64,000 nt of DNA from Leucoraja erinacea (GCF_028641065.1 NC_073396.1:13454001-13518000), one strand, 5' to 3'. Shown: positions 49,775 through 63,015, counted from the stretch's first letter. Numbers and translations are program-made. The notes: generated by a model from the sequence alone, not told the origin.

Positions 49775-49940
49775 CTCAGAGTAGGGGAATCGAGGACCTT
49801 AGGACATAGGTTCAAGGTGAAGAGGAAAAGATTGAATAGGAATCCGAGGGGATAACTTTTTCACACAAAGGTTGGTGGGTGTATGGAACAAGCTGCCAGA
49901 GGAGGTAGTTGAGGCTGGGACTATCCCATTGTTTAAGGAA
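49775..49940 (+). mobile_element. CR1 fragment
   Basis: RVGESRTLGHRFKVK...VGVWNKLPEEVVEAG. Confidence 0.8.
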
Positions 49941-49947
49941 CAACACT

Positions 49948-50070
49948 CGACCTCCGCATGGCTCCCGCTTCTGGTTAGGTCGCGCTTGCCGCATGCAGGT
50001 GCATGCTGGTGGGACCGGCCCTTGAGATCGCACTTGCCGCATGCAGGTCGCATGCTCGTGGGACCGGCCC
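49948..50070. mobile_element. Tandemly duplicated Harbinger-like right end
   Basis: Two ~50-bp units ending gtgggaccggccct, the last followed by tta. Confidence 0.5.
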
Positions 50071-50074
50071 TTTA

Positions 50075-50358
50075 CAGTTCTAGAAACCTGGGTTCAATCA
50101 TGACTAATGGTGCTGCCTGCACGGAGTTTGCACATTCTCCCCGTGACCTGCGTGGGTTTTGTCTGGGCGCTCCGGTTTCCTCCCACACTCCAAGGTCATA
50201 CAGGTTTGTACGCTAATTGGCTTCTGTAAACTGTAAATTGTCCCTAGAGAGTGTAGGATAGTGTTAGTGCGCCAGGATCGCTGGGCAGCATAGACTCGGT
50301 GGACCGAAGGGCCTGTTTCCAAGCTGTATCTTTAAACTAAACTAAAACAAAACTAAAC
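50075..50358 (+). mobile_element. HE1-type SINE
   Basis: B box gggttcaatc, V-domain, (ctaaa)n tail. Confidence 0.82.
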
Positions 50359-50735
50359 CTCAAGCTAAGCTGCATTCTCTTGGTCGATAGGCATGGAAAG
50401 GCCAGAAGGAATTGTCTCAGTACAACTTAGTTTATAATCCCTCAGGCAGAGATATATTTTTCCACCCACTACCCTCCCATGATAAGGCTGGCTGCCAGAA
50501 CTCTTACGTCTTGGATTCTTGTCAGAAATGCTTTGCTCAGAAACTGGATCAATAGCTCCATATCTGAGTTAACCACTCAAATCCAATTTCTACAAGAATT
50601 AAAATGCAAAGAAAGTTCAGAGACATACTTCAAGTTGCATAAAGACTGGATACATTCCTGTAAATGCTGCAATTAAAAGTACTGTGAAGTCTGAGCAGGT
50701 CAGGCAGCATCTCCACATTGACAAAAGGATTTTTG

Positions 50736-50982
50736 GGGGGCAGCATGGTGGCTCAGCGGGAGAGTCGCTGCCTTACAGCGCCAAGGACCCGGATTTGACC
50801 CGGTGACTGCGTGGGTTTTCTCCAGGTGCTCCGGTTTCCTCCCACACTCCAAAGAAGTACGGGTTTGAAGATTTATTGGCTTCAGTAAAATTGTAAATTG
50901 CCCACAGTGCACAGGAAAGTGCTAGTGTACGGGGTGATCGGTGGTTGGCAAGGACTCAGTGGGCCGAAGGGCCAGTTTCCAA
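50736..50982 (+). mobile_element. HE1-type SINE (internal deletion)
   Basis: gggcagcatggtggctcagcgg head and V-domain. Confidence 0.8.
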
Positions 50983-51049
50983 GGTCTAACCATCTGAAGT
51001 TTTTGGTCGGAAACTCATCATTAGGGAAGGGAACATGGGAATTTGAGAG

Positions 51050-51561
51050 AATTCAGGGAATTATAAGCTGGTGAGCCTCGGGTCAGTGGTAGGGGTAAGC
51101 CATTGGAGAGAATTCTTTGGGATGTGATTTACCACCATTCTAAAGAACAGTCAACATGGCTTTGTACGTGGCAGGTCATGTCTTATTAATGATCGAGTTT
51201 TAGCGTAGGTTACGAAAATGATTAAGGAGGGTAGAGTAGTGGGTGTTCTCCATATGGATTTTAGTAAGGCATTTAATAAAGCCCCCATGGTACAGGATTA
51301 AGGCACATGAGATTAATAGTGACTTTGTCATATGGATTCAGAGCTGGCTTACTGATAGAATACACAGGGTTGTGATGGAAGACAATTTTCAAGCTGGAGG
51401 TCGGTGACCAGTGGAGTTCCACAAGGATCTGTGCTGGGACCTCTACTGTTTGTGATATGTGGACGGGTTGGTTTGTAAATTTGCAGATGACACCAAGTTT
51501 GCTGAGGTTGTGGTCTGAGAGGAAGGATGTCAAAGTGTACAGCGAGATTTAGATCAGCTAC
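51050..51561 (+). mobile_element. CR1 RT core remnant
   Basis: GNYKLVSL...SQHGFVRGRSCL...MDFSKAF...VTSGVPQGSVLGPLLF...KFADDTK. Confidence 0.85.
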
Positions 51562-51692
51562 TTAGTTTAGTTTAGGATACAGCGCGGAAGCAGGCACTTC
51601 AGCCCACCGAGTCCACACCGACCAGCGATCCCTGCACATTAACACTATCCTGTACACTAGGGACAACTTACACTTATACCAAGCCAATTTAC
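51562..51692 (-). mobile_element. HE1-type SINE 3' part
   Basis: ttagtttagtttaggatacagcgcggaa...acactagggacaa. Confidence 0.75.
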
Positions 51693-51827
51693 CTATTGCG
51701 AGTTTATGTACAGGGACATATCTATCCATGCACTGTATACTTGTATTTAGACATGCATTTTTAAATATGTATGTCATGTTTTATACTTTGGCAATATAAC
51801 AATATATTTTCTATCATGCCAATAAAG

Positions 51828-52110
51828 NNNNNNNNNNNNNNNNNNNNNNNNNNNNNNNNNNNNNNNNNNNNNNNNNNNNNNNNNNNNNNNNNNNNNNNNN
51901 NNNNNNNNNNNNNNNNNNNNNNNNNNNNNNNNNNNNNNNNNNNNNNNNNNNNNNNNNNNNNNNNNNNNNNNNNNNNNNNNNNNNNNNNNNNNNNNNNNNN
52001 NNNNNNNNNNNNNNNNNNNNNNNNNNNNNNNNNNNNNNNNNNNNNNNNNNNNNNNNNNNNNNNNNNNNNNNNNNNNNNNNNNNNNNNNNNNNNNNNNNNN
52101 NNNNNNNNNN
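51828..52110. other. Assembly gap
   Basis: N run. Confidence 1.
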
Positions 52111-53199
52111 TTGGTTTCACATTCAGCTGATAGTTGTTGGATGTGATCTGGGACTGATTAGTGCTGAGTTTGTCATAACTACATATAGTATAGTTGAACA
52201 GTGACATATTTCCGCTTCTGTGTGCAAATCTTCACGAAAGATTGTTCACTAAAGGTGAATGGCCATCTGGACAAATGGACACAGACCCATCGACCCATGG
52301 AATCCAACGCAGACTTGGAAACTTTAGCCAAAACTTTTATTTGCTTGGCTTGGAATGCAGAACAGTCAACTGCAGAGATTTGCAGATGTCGCAATAACTG
52401 GGATTAAAATTATCCTCTCTACAAACAAACTAATGAAAACACCATTGGGGGGAAGAGTTTGGAAAGCAGTTTGAAAATGATAATGGTCCAACAGCAATAG
52501 ATTACAAACTATGGAAAAAATGGCTTGTATTTTCACAACAACCCAAATCGCTTTATGTCAAATTAAATAGTTCTTGCTGCGTAATTATTATCAGAATTGA
52601 GGAAATACACTGGGCAATTTGCATGTTGCAATCTCCCGCAAACAGCTTTGAGGAATGAATTGGGCTGCTTGAGCAGATGAAGTCAAGGGGAGACTTTAAA
52701 TAAATGAATAGAATGATGAAGTGTTTAAATAGTAAGGACCCGTCTGCTTCAGCAGAGGAGTTAAAGCCGAAGGCCACAAATTCTACGTAATTGGTAAATG
52801 GATTAAAAGGGAGATGATATCTTCTTTTCACTCCAAGGGTCAGTAGGGGTCTCTATGCGCCTGAAATTCACTGTTTGAAAAGGTAAATATGTCATTGCAT
52901 TGCTACAATACTTGGTCAGAGGTGCCGTGACTTGCAGGACTATGAACCCAATTCTGGACGGTTGGATTTAGCTGGGGAGATCTTTTGTGACTGATACTCA
53001 TAGGGATAGCATGACTCCTTCTCTTGTAAAGATTGTTTCAGACTTTTTCTCAGTCAGAGGTCATTGTTTGGAATCACGACAGGGTAGACAGTGATAGGTG
53101 GACAGAGCTAGATGTTTCTACTTTAAAACGCACCGTTGCAAGACTCCTACATTGTTTCTTTCACGGAGGCTACATGTGAACGTGGCTGTCAAAGTATGT

Positions 53200-53666
53200 G
53201 ATTTGGTTGCCAAACGTTTTCACTCCCGTTATTCTCATACTGATCTTTAGGCCTCCTCCATTGTCAGAGTGTGGCAACATACAAATTGGAGGTGGAACAG
53301 CACCTCATAATTTGCTTGGGCAGCTTACAACCCAGCAGTATTAATGTTGATTTCTCTAATTGAAAATAACCCTTGCATTCCCTGCCTTTCCGTCCATCCC
53401 CCACCCTAGTCATCCTGCTAGTTCACCTGTTTGCATCCCTTCAATATCATCTCTTCCACAGCCAACAATGGACCATTGTGGGCTCCACCTTTCCCTGGTC
53501 ATCGGTGCCCGCTCTGATTTGTTCTGAACCTTTTCATACCTCTAGTTTCCCTCCCCGCTGACTCACAGTCTGATGAAGGGTCTTGGCCCAAAACCTCATC
53601 TATTCCTTGTATCCAGTGATGCTGCCTGACCCGCTGAGTTACTCCAGCATTTTGTGTCTATCTTCA
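53200..53666 (+). mobile_element. Penelope-like element 3' end: GIY-YIG C-terminus, 3'UTR and hammerhead terminal repeat
   Basis: GLLHCQSVATYKLEVEQHLIICLGSLQPSSINVDFSN*, then cagtCTGATGAagggtcttggccc at 53566 and repeat A. Confidence 0.82.
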
Positions 53667-54444
53667 CAGTATGTAATTAGGTGCGTAGGTTGATGGGTCA
53701 AATGTTAAAATCTTCACTGTGGATTCGAGTAAGTCCGTGAGGCCAAGTGTACATCTTGATCAAGTGAAATGAGAACCATTTGCACCCACTACACACGTAT
53801 TGCATTGACTCAAGAGGAGAGAAGTGCTCTTCTGATCTCTTTGGGTGGCCCTGGATTATTGTAATGTTCTAAGCACAAACATTATCAATGGATCAATGCT
53901 GCTTTAATTGATTATAGGGCAATGTGATCTTAAATAGGATATTGTTGAGTCCCTGTAAGATTTGTAAATAAGAGGAGCTACCTGCATTGAAGATATTTAA
54001 TTCAGTCGTTCAGATTAGTTCCCAACGCAAAAGGTGTTTGGAATACAAACTGAAGCCAGAGTATGGACAGGGAGGGGTAGTGCTCATAGTTTTGTTTTCC
54101 CATGGGTTCAGTGGGATAACTATTTGAAATTATGCAATTAAGTCTTTAGTTCTGAATAAGCCTTTGTCTGGTTAAGACAGGAAATAAGCCGCAGCTTCAT
54201 TTATAGAAAGAAAATTCAGATAGCATTTTCAGTTAAATCTATTGCTTGAAGTCATGATTAAATCAGATAGGGCTACGGTATATAGATACCAGTAATTGAG
54301 TGTTACACATTGACTGTTGATACTAAAGTGTAATGGTTCAAATCACATGAGAAATCTGAGAAAGGAGTGGTGGATGTTGTGGGGCTTCTGAGAGTTATTC
54401 CTTGGTCAAACACCTCCTCACAGTTGGACTAGCCTGTGAGTCCG

Positions 54445-54790
54445 AGAGTTATAGAATCATAAAGTCATACAGTGGTCCAACTTGCCCACATCAGCCAAAA
54501 TGTCCCATCTACACTAGTTCCACTTGCCCATGTTTGGTCCATAGCCCTCTAAACCTATCCTATCCATGTACCTGTCTAACTGATTCTTAAATGTTGAGAG
54601 AGTCTCTGCCTCAACTACCTCCTCCGGCAGCTTGTTCCATACACCCACCACCCTTTGTATGAAAAAGTTACCCCTCAGATTCATATAAAATCTTTTCCCC
54701 TTCATCTTAAACCTGTGCCCTCTGGTTCTCGATTCCCTCACTCTGGGCAAGAGACACTGTGTGTCCACCCGATCTATTCTTCTCATGAGT
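54445..54790 (-). mobile_element. CR1 3' end
   Basis: PRVRESRTRGHRFKMKGKRF...GNFFIQRVVGVWNKLPEEVVEA. Confidence 0.88.
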
Positions 54791-55225
54791 CCCAGCCTTC
54801 TTAATCTCTCCTTCATCTCTAAGAGATAGAAGGGTACAGGCCAAGTGCTGGAAGGCAGGAGTAATACAGGTGAGTGCCTAGTGGTCAGCATTCACATGGT
54901 GGGCTGAATGGCCTGTCTCCATGAGCGTGTGAACCAGTGGCTAAGTGTAGAATTGGCTAAGGGGAAGCCTGTTGCAATAAACAGCAACGCAACGGAGTGA
55001 GTGCTCAGTGGGAGAGTTTGCGGTCAACATTGGAAGACAAGTGTCCAAAAGATGAAGCAGCTTTCCAAACTACTTGTAGGGTAAAATGGGCGCATCCCAA
55101 CCGGTCACCTGACAGATGGTTCTGGTCAAGGAACATCCAAAAAAAGAAAATGTGACACATCAGACTCCCGTCCCGGGACTAATAACATATCTCTGCTACA
55201 GCCAGAGGTCAGCTCAACAAGGTCT

Positions 55226-55251
55226 CCACACACACACACACACACACACAC
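55226..55251. repeat. (CA)n microsatellite
   Basis: Direct reading. Confidence 0.95.
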
Positions 55252-55839
55252 CATTGCGCCCCACGCTGAAGGCTCTGTGAGAACATGAATGACTTGTTGC
55301 AGGTTGCATTATTTACACTTCAGGAAGCCAGCTGATCTTAGCTCCTTCATGGACACTTGCCACGTAATCTGTTTAACTGATTATTCCCATCCACCTGCAG
55401 GTCAAAAATAAATTGACCCAGCGTCTAGTGAGAATAGTGACACTGTTTCCATGAACTAATCCAACCTCAATGCAGGAGGCTGCTTTCCTCCTTGAAGATT
55501 AAAGTGTCTTCACATAAAAATTAACAAGTGTGTTTACAATACCAAAGAGGCATAACAGCGGTTTGGTGGTCTCTGACTGCAACAAGAAGTTCCACATTTA
55601 CTGAAATATAGAATAGTACAGCCCTCCAGCCCACGATGTCTGTCTGCCAAATATCTTTCCCAATTAAACTGGTCCTTTCAATCTGCACATGGTCCATATC
55701 CCTCCATTACCTGCATATCCATAAAGGACCACCTTAAAGGTTTAATCAGTTTGACCTGGTTATCTGGTGGCCTGCTGAAGAGTCTGTCTGTCCAACCAGG
55801 TTTCTCTGTCCCTCCACTAACTGCATCTGATCCCCTTTC

Positions 55840-55974
55840 NNNNNNNNNNNNNNNNNNNNNNNNNNNNNNNNNNNNNNNNNNNNNNNNNNNNNNNNNNNNN
55901 NNNNNNNNNNNNNNNNNNNNNNNNNNNNNNNNNNNNNNNNNNNNNNNNNNNNNNNNNNNNNNNNNNNNNNNNNN
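55840..55974. other. Assembly gap
   Basis: N run. Confidence 1.
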
Positions 55975-56014
55975 TCCAAGGCATGACTCAAGAATGGGCT
56001 TCTGAAAAAAACAC

Positions 56015-56410
56015 AATCTGTAGAAGGGCTCCGACCCAAAACATTGTCTATTCCTTTTCTCCAGAGACGCTGCCTGACCAGCTGAGTTGCTCCAGCACGT
56101 TGTGTCCATCTTCGATGTAAGTCAGCATCAGCAGTTCATTGCTACACATGTGTTTCTGAACACTGCCCCAAAGAGGGTGGAACGTAGAAACAAGGAAAGA
56201 CAGAGTGCTGGAGTAGCTCAGCGGGTCAGGCAGCATCTCAGGTGCATATGTATTGGTGATGTTTCAAGTATGGACCCTTCTTCAGTCTGACTGATTCTCA
56301 CTGACCCGAAACATCGCATAGTTCAGTCTGAAGAAGTCCTTACCCGAAATGCCACCGATACGTGTTCTCCTGAGATGACCTGCTGAGCTACTCCAGCACC
56401 CTGTGTCTGT
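56015..56410. mobile_element. Three Penelope-like terminal repeats (plus; then a minus/plus inverted pair at 56185-56410)
   Basis: Repeated gctgag.t.ctccagca and tctgaagaag...cccgaaa blocks. Confidence 0.7.
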
Positions 56411-57079
56411 AGTAAGGGGGGAACATTTGACAGAGGGAGCTCAGCGGGACTTCTGCTTTCCTCACTGATACCAAGCTATTTCATTTCTCCCCCAAAGATT
56501 CCCTTTACCTGCTGGGTTCCTGAAAGATGGGAAAATCTGGTCGTTCACAATTAAACTTGCAAGCAACATTAAATCAGACACTAGCTGCCAGTAATGGTTT
56601 ATTATTGTCAACGGTACCGAGATACAGTGAATGACTTTTCTTCGCGTGCCATCCCAGGTAACTCATCCATACACGAGGGAGTGCAAAAGGGAATATATGC
56701 AGAGCGCAGGATGTAGTGTTGCCGCTACAGAGAAAGTGCAGATTAAAATAAAATACAAGGGCCACAATGAGAGATAGAATAGAAGGTCGGCAATTCATCC
56801 TTTGCATATGACAGGTGGGATAACAGCAGGGAAGAAGCTGTTCCTGATTTTAGTGGTAGATGCATTCGAGCTTTTATATCTTCTGCCAAACAGAGTGGGG
56901 AGAAGAGGATAGAATCAGGGTGTACGTGGCCCTTGCTCACTAATCTAATCGCCAAGCTGCCTCCCGGGAATGACTAGGAAGGAACTGCAGATGCTGGTTT
57001 AAATCGATGAATATATTAAATGCTATTAATATAATTAATATTACCCCATCCCCCCTCCCACCAGCCCCCACCTCTACTT

Positions 57080-57176
57080 TCAATCTGAAGAAGGGTCCGA
57101 CCCAAATCATCACCTATTTTTTTTCTTCATAGAGGCTGCCCGACCCGCTGAGTTACTCCAGTATTTGGTGTCTATC
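57080..57176 (+). mobile_element. Penelope-like terminal repeat A
   Basis: tCTGAAGAagggtccgaccc...cccgctgagttactccag. Confidence 0.7.
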
Positions 57177-58504
57177 CCAGGAATGACTGCGTGTGTCCTC
57201 TTCCACCTCTGGTACAGTAGACATGGACAGTTTGGGGCTTTGGGTTCTTTTGAAATACTGTCCTGATCCCACCCACCCATCCTATGCAATGATTCTTCCC
57301 TCCACAATTGCTATATTCACTTTGTTAAAAGGGTAAAATGTCCAAGACACTGTGTACTCCTACCTTCCCGAGAGAGTTGTTGTTTTTGGACATGACCGAA
57401 GCGGAAGCATCTGTCAGGTGACTTGCTGGGACTCGCCCATGCCCTACACGATGTTTGGAAAGCTGCTTGTCTGACTGGAAGTGAATGTTCCGAGCATTGA
57501 CAGTAAAGTCCCCAATGAGCAATCATTCCTCCCTTAGCCAGTTTCACTCGTCTTCAGGGTCATGGAGTCATACAGAAGGGAAACAGGCCATTCAGCCCAC
57601 CATGTCCACACTGACCAGTGGCCAATGCTCTGTATTAATCCCATCTTCCTGCATTTTCAGTTCAGGTTCTTCATTAAAGCTCTTATCAAAGCTTCGGACT
57701 TTGATTGCAGAATTAGGTGGTGCTCTGTTAATATATTTCCATTTGATGGGTAACATTGCTGCATGCACAAAATAGATATGATAGTGGCTTTTAAGAGACT
57801 TTTGCATATGTACATGGATATGCAGTGAATAGAGGGATATGGATTATGCACACAGAGGGATATGGATTATGTGCAGGCAGTTAAGAGTCGGTTTTGGCAT
57901 CATGTCCGGCACAGATATTGTGGGCCAAAGGGACTGTTTTCATGCTGTACTGTTCTATGTTCTATGTAAGGCTGCGCACTTAACAGAATGTTCTTTAACA
58001 TGAAGAAGAGAGACATTAACGTGAAGAAGTTGGTCCTTTCGTTGTCCAAGAACCCACATAGTACAGTGCACAGAAAAGTTGATGTAAGTCACTGAGTCAC
58101 GGATAACCTTTAATCGGTAGGTCAGGAATGTGCGCAGAGCAGCTCACAATGTGACATCAATCTTACATCCTGATTATATCTGCATCAGCAATAGATTTAT
58201 GGTTGTGCCCCAACGATGGCTGGATCTTGGGTCCGCTCGTCATGATTATAGTGACCCCAAATTTCATTTAAAAATTGGCATAAATAGGACAACCTGTGCC
58301 CTGGAGCTGAATTGCTGTTTCTGTTGTAATTACAACGCAGTGAAAAGCTGCGCACTAATTAAATTATGCAATAGCATGGCTCTCCACCACATCCTTTATC
58401 ATAGTGACAGAGCGCGGCAGGGGTGAAGCCAAAACTTCTTTTCCCAACAAATAAAATTAAGGATTGTCGCTTGCCTTTAAGAAAGGGCTATTTTATGAAG
58501 GATC

Positions 58505-58660
58505 AATAGACAATAGACAATAGGTGCAGGAGTAGGCCATTCGGCCCTTCGAGCCAGCAACACCATTCACGGCGATCAAGGCTGATCATCCACATTCAGT
58601 ACCCCCGTTCCTGCCTTCTCACCATATCCCCTGACTCCGCTATTTTTAAGTGCTCTTTAA
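58505..58660 (-). mobile_element. CR1/HER1 3' end
   Basis: (caatagа)-type tail caatagacaatagacaatag, then gtgcaggagtaggccattcggccc. Confidence 0.8.
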
Positions 58661-59964
58661 GATCACTGGCATGTACAATGTCAGAGGAAACCATTGCCAT
58701 GTATTGGAACCATTCCAATGCTTAAAATATATCAGGATCATTTTTGTCCCATAGTCTTCAGTCGCTTTCTCCAATAACCATCTGACCAATTTTTCCTCTT
58801 GAACTCACTGACACTGTGGGGAGATTTTTAACCAAGCTCTCTCATGCAGTTGTCCATCCCTAAGTGATAATGCTGAACACTCCAAGAGTTAAGGATTAAT
58901 CTCCTGCACTCATCAAACACATTATGAGTACTTCAAAAATTTCAATCCTATTCCAATATTTTATGAATTATTAAATAAAAAATAATTACAATGAATAACT
59001 TTTGAAATAGTTTGAGAAAGTTCACTGATCTGAAATATTACAGGAGCTACCTGACTGTGGAATATCATCTGCAGTTTGACCAAATATACCAATACCCCCG
59101 TCCTTCACAGATGCTCTCCTCCATTGAAATTGGTGAAAAACATTCTCAGAACTAAGCCTGAGTTGGTGCAGGATGTTTGATGCACCGCTGTAAGGGTTGG
59201 GGAATTTGCCTCCCATGCCTACACTGGATTACATGGGCGAAATGGGTCCTCCACATTCATGGAAAGGCCTAGTGAGGTTTTATAATTCGGTTTTAGTGGG
59301 GTTTTAGATGGATATGGCTCAAAAGTAGGCAGATGGGACCAACGTAGGTGGGCATCCTGGTCAGCATGGATGAGATGGGCCGAAGGGCCTGTTTCTGTGT
59401 CATGACTCTGTGACTCGATACAGGAAAACGCCAGCACTTATCAGAATAATAGCCCAACTAAAATTCATTATTCAATTTAAGCCATTAGTTTAAAAAAATC
59501 AATTATAAAAAACTCAATTTCTAAAAACTCAATTTGCCCTTAATGTACGTGTATTGGCTTTCCTTTAACTACTCAGTCTGCCCCAGCTTCTAAATTTTCC
59601 CAGAAATTATCTTTAAAAGCTTCCCTATAAGCAGGGTTTCTCAGTGGTTACCTGGTGGGTCCTTACAATATTTTAAATAAGGATTTTACATTGCTGTTTG
59701 CCAACCTTCAAGCACCTCCACATTATCTAGCGAGCTCTCAGATTATGGAAGATCAGAAATTAATCACTTATACATTAATACTTTTTGTAGGTCTCTGGGT
59801 GTCAGAAACATTTTGACACTACTTAAAGGTTTCACAACTGATAAAGCCCTCCTTTCAGTTTTGCTAGCTGTGAAAACCTTTTGGTTTTCTGAGGCGATAT
59901 AATGTCTCCACATAACGTATGGTGGAGCCATCATCCAAGGGACTGCTGGCCTGGGGGAGTTTGA

Positions 59965-60445
59965 GATTGAGTTTAGTTTATCGTCATGTGTACCGAGGTC
60001 CAGAGAAAAGCTTTTGTTACCTGTTACCCAGTCTAGCTTAGTTAGAAAGATTGTACAGAAGTACAATCGAGCCATCCACATGATATAGGGAATAACGTGA
60101 ATATCGTTTACTGTAGTGTCCAGTAAAGTCCGATCAAAGATAGTCCAAGGATCTCCAATGATACCTCAATGATAGTAGCTCAGGGCAGCGCTCTAGCTGT
60201 TGGTAGGATGGTTCAGTTGCCTGATAACAGCTGGGTAAAAAAAGTCTTTGGATGTGTGCGTTTTCCCACTTCTATACCTCTTGCCTGATGGAAGAGGGGA
60301 GAAGAGGGAGTGGCCAGGGTGTGACTCATCCTTGATTATGCTGGTGGCCTTGCTGAGACAACATGAGGTGTAGATGGAGTCAATGGAAGGGAGGTTAGTT
60401 TCTGTGACGGTCTGGGCCGTATCCATAAATCGCTGCAATTTCTTG
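59965..60445 (-). mobile_element. Rex1/Babar 3' end
   Basis: LQRFMDTAQ..T.TNLPSIDSIY...IIKDESHPGHSLFSPLPSGKRYRS plus 3'UTR. Confidence 0.85.
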
Positions 60446-62164
60446 CGGATGTGCAGAACCCAGTGTGGTGGGCTTCTGTACTTCTCCTAAGGTAGGGGAG
60501 GTCTGGTCCAGCACAATCTAATACATTGAACAAGTATGTATGTATGATAAGAACATGCCATAGAGCTGGCAAACAGTGGTGATGAATGTGGATATTCACT
60601 GAGTGAGATAGACAACTGAAGAGATGATTTTCAAAGGCTCGATGGTCTTTTTCTGTTCTGTTTGTTTAAAGTTAGTCAAACTTTAAGCTAAGTAACAGTT
60701 ATCAAAGACAGTGATTTAAAGAGCCGCATATTAGTTAACCTGACAGGAAGATCTCAAAAACGAACAGTGCATATCATAAATTGATCGTTTGGAAATGTGA
60801 TGCTCTTCCTTTAGCTTTGCAAAGGGAAGGGGGCAGCTGATGTCCTTCCAAGGTCACCTCAGGACATGTATTTGTTTTCTGTCCAATCGTTTATTATTAT
60901 TGGCTTGAAATCTCAACTGGCTACGGAACGTCATTGACAACAGTGGTGCATTTTATACAGAGATTCACACAGGAAATCACAACCCGTGAGTTGCATATTA
61001 ATGTTTACCAGGCTGTGGAAGGAACTTTACACACGTTGTTCCTGGAAACAGGTAATCATGGCAGCATATTTATCACCACCCCCTTTTAGCCGCCTCTCCT
61101 GTGAGACTTCCCGCTTTGCCTCCAACCCTCTAATCATGAGCAGCTCCTTTGAAAAAGCACAACGACGGACAATGTCAACTTTGTCGAAAACAAGATAGAA
61201 CATTAAAATGAATAGTCGTAGGTTTGGTGGTAGAGGGGAGAATCTACCCCATTTCCAAAGTTCCAGTGCATTTTTGTGAATTTTTGGGAAATATTCCAAA
61301 TTTGGTCTCACATCCTCATGACCGATAGAAAACGGCGACTCTTCACCGTGCGGTCTCACCAATATACCACACAGAGTGGCGTCTCACCAGCTCATGCCAC
61401 GGCAAAGATGGTTTTATTTTAAGCACAAGGACAATGAGGTAAGGTGCAGAGTCTGACTGAGGGCCAGTTAGCAATGATTAACTAATACATCTCTTTCATT
61501 TCTCACATCACCTCCCACAACTACCTGGTATGACACAATTCAAGAGGACCTACAACTTGAAAATCAAAATAATATCTCGATGCTGATAAATCGTAATGAA
61601 AAGCACAAAATGGTGGAAGCACCCTGCAGGTCGGCAGCATCTGCGGAAAGAAGAACGGGCGTAATGTGTCAGGTCTGAAGGAACTTTTTCAGAATTCGTA
61701 TGAATTCTCCACAATCGGAAATGTTAACTCTATTTCTCCTTCTGCAGATGCTGTTGACCTGCTGAGTGTTTCCAGCGGGGACTTGAACTTGTTCAGAAGA
61801 CAGAGTTAGTTTTGATGGATTGCAAAATATCAAATTTTCTATTATTGATAAAAAACCTCATGGATATCCTCCTTGTCCCATGGTCATTCAGCACCATGTA
61901 ACATTGACTCTGAAGATAGACACAAAAAAATGGAGTAACTCAGCGGGTTAGGCAGTGTATGTGATAAAAACCAGCATCTGCAGTTCCTTCCTACACAGTT
62001 CTGATGAACTGATGTTCATAGGGTTCATGAGTGATAGGAGCAGAATTAGGCCATTCGGCCCATCAAGCCTAATCTGCCATTCAATCATGGCTGATCCGCC
62101 TCTCCATTTTGACCCCATTCTCCTGCCTTCTCCCCGTAACCCATGACACCTGAACTAATCAAGA

Positions 62165-62258
62165 ATCATAGAAAGCTGTTTGTTAAATTGAGTCAAAGAG
62201 GGGTGCCTAAATACATTGGGAGAATTCTGGCTTACTGGTATGCTCACCAGATCATGCA
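62165..62258 (+). mobile_element. RTE-X RT fragment
   Basis: NHRKLFVKLSQRGVPKYIGRILAYWYAHQIMQ. Confidence 0.6.
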
Positions 62259-62358
62259 AACTCCGTACAGGCAGCACCCATAGTTGGGATCGAACCCGGG
62301 TCTCCGGCACAGCAAGCGCTGTAAAGCAGCAACTCTACCGCTGCGCCACCGTGCTGTC
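62258..62358 (-). mobile_element. HE1-type SINE head
   Basis: ggatcgaacccggg...accgctgcgccaccgtgctgtcc (revcomp B and A boxes). Confidence 0.8.
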
Positions 62359-62790
62359 CTCTTCAAAATAGTGCCATGGAATCCCTTATGCCCCACTGTG
62401 AGAGCAGAATCCATGGTTGCCAGGACGAATTATCCAGCCCTCCAGCTGGCAATTATGATGGTAACGGTCGGTACTTGTCACAATTTCTGTTCCGGTTGGA
62501 GCTGGGTGGGTGAGGTCCCTGAACTTGCCATCTTCCCACTGGCTGCTGAAGCCAACCCATGCCACACCACTGGAATCTCCTGGCCTCCACTGTCAATGGC
62601 AGTCCCCTCTTCCTGCAACGTCTTCCGACACTACTGGACGGTGGAAGCCTCTAGTTCAGTGAGACAATGGAAAGGACCAGGATCCCTTGGTTAATCTGGG
62701 ATTTAGATAACAGATGTTGGCAGAGGAACTCCATCATTAACAGATCAAATTCTATTCCAAAATTCATAGATTTGGGGCAAGAGAGAGTTA

Positions 62791-63015
62791 TGCCCCTGTC
62801 CCACTTAGGAAACCTGAACGGAAACCTCTGGAGACTTTGCGCCCCACTCAAGGTTTCCGTGCGGTTCCCGGAGGTTGCAGGTGGTTGCCGGAGGTTGCAG
62901 GTAGTGGAAGCAGGTAGGGAGACTGACAAAAACCTCCGGGAACTGCACGGAAACCTTGGGTGGGGCGCAAATCTCCAGAGGTTTCCGATCAGGTTTCCTA
63001 TGTGGGACAGGGGCA
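62791..63015. mobile_element. PIF/Harbinger (Tourist-like) MITE, 225 bp
   Basis: ~85-bp near-perfect inverted arms starting tgcccctgtcccac; TTA duplication at 62788-62790 and 63016-63018; splits the CR1 sequence aagagagagtta|gatat. Confidence 0.9.

Noticed and set aside
3652-61997. Recurrent short palindromic repeat as a CRISPR array
   Set aside because: Copies are dispersed, in both orientations, with no regular spacers or cas genes; eukaryotic context.
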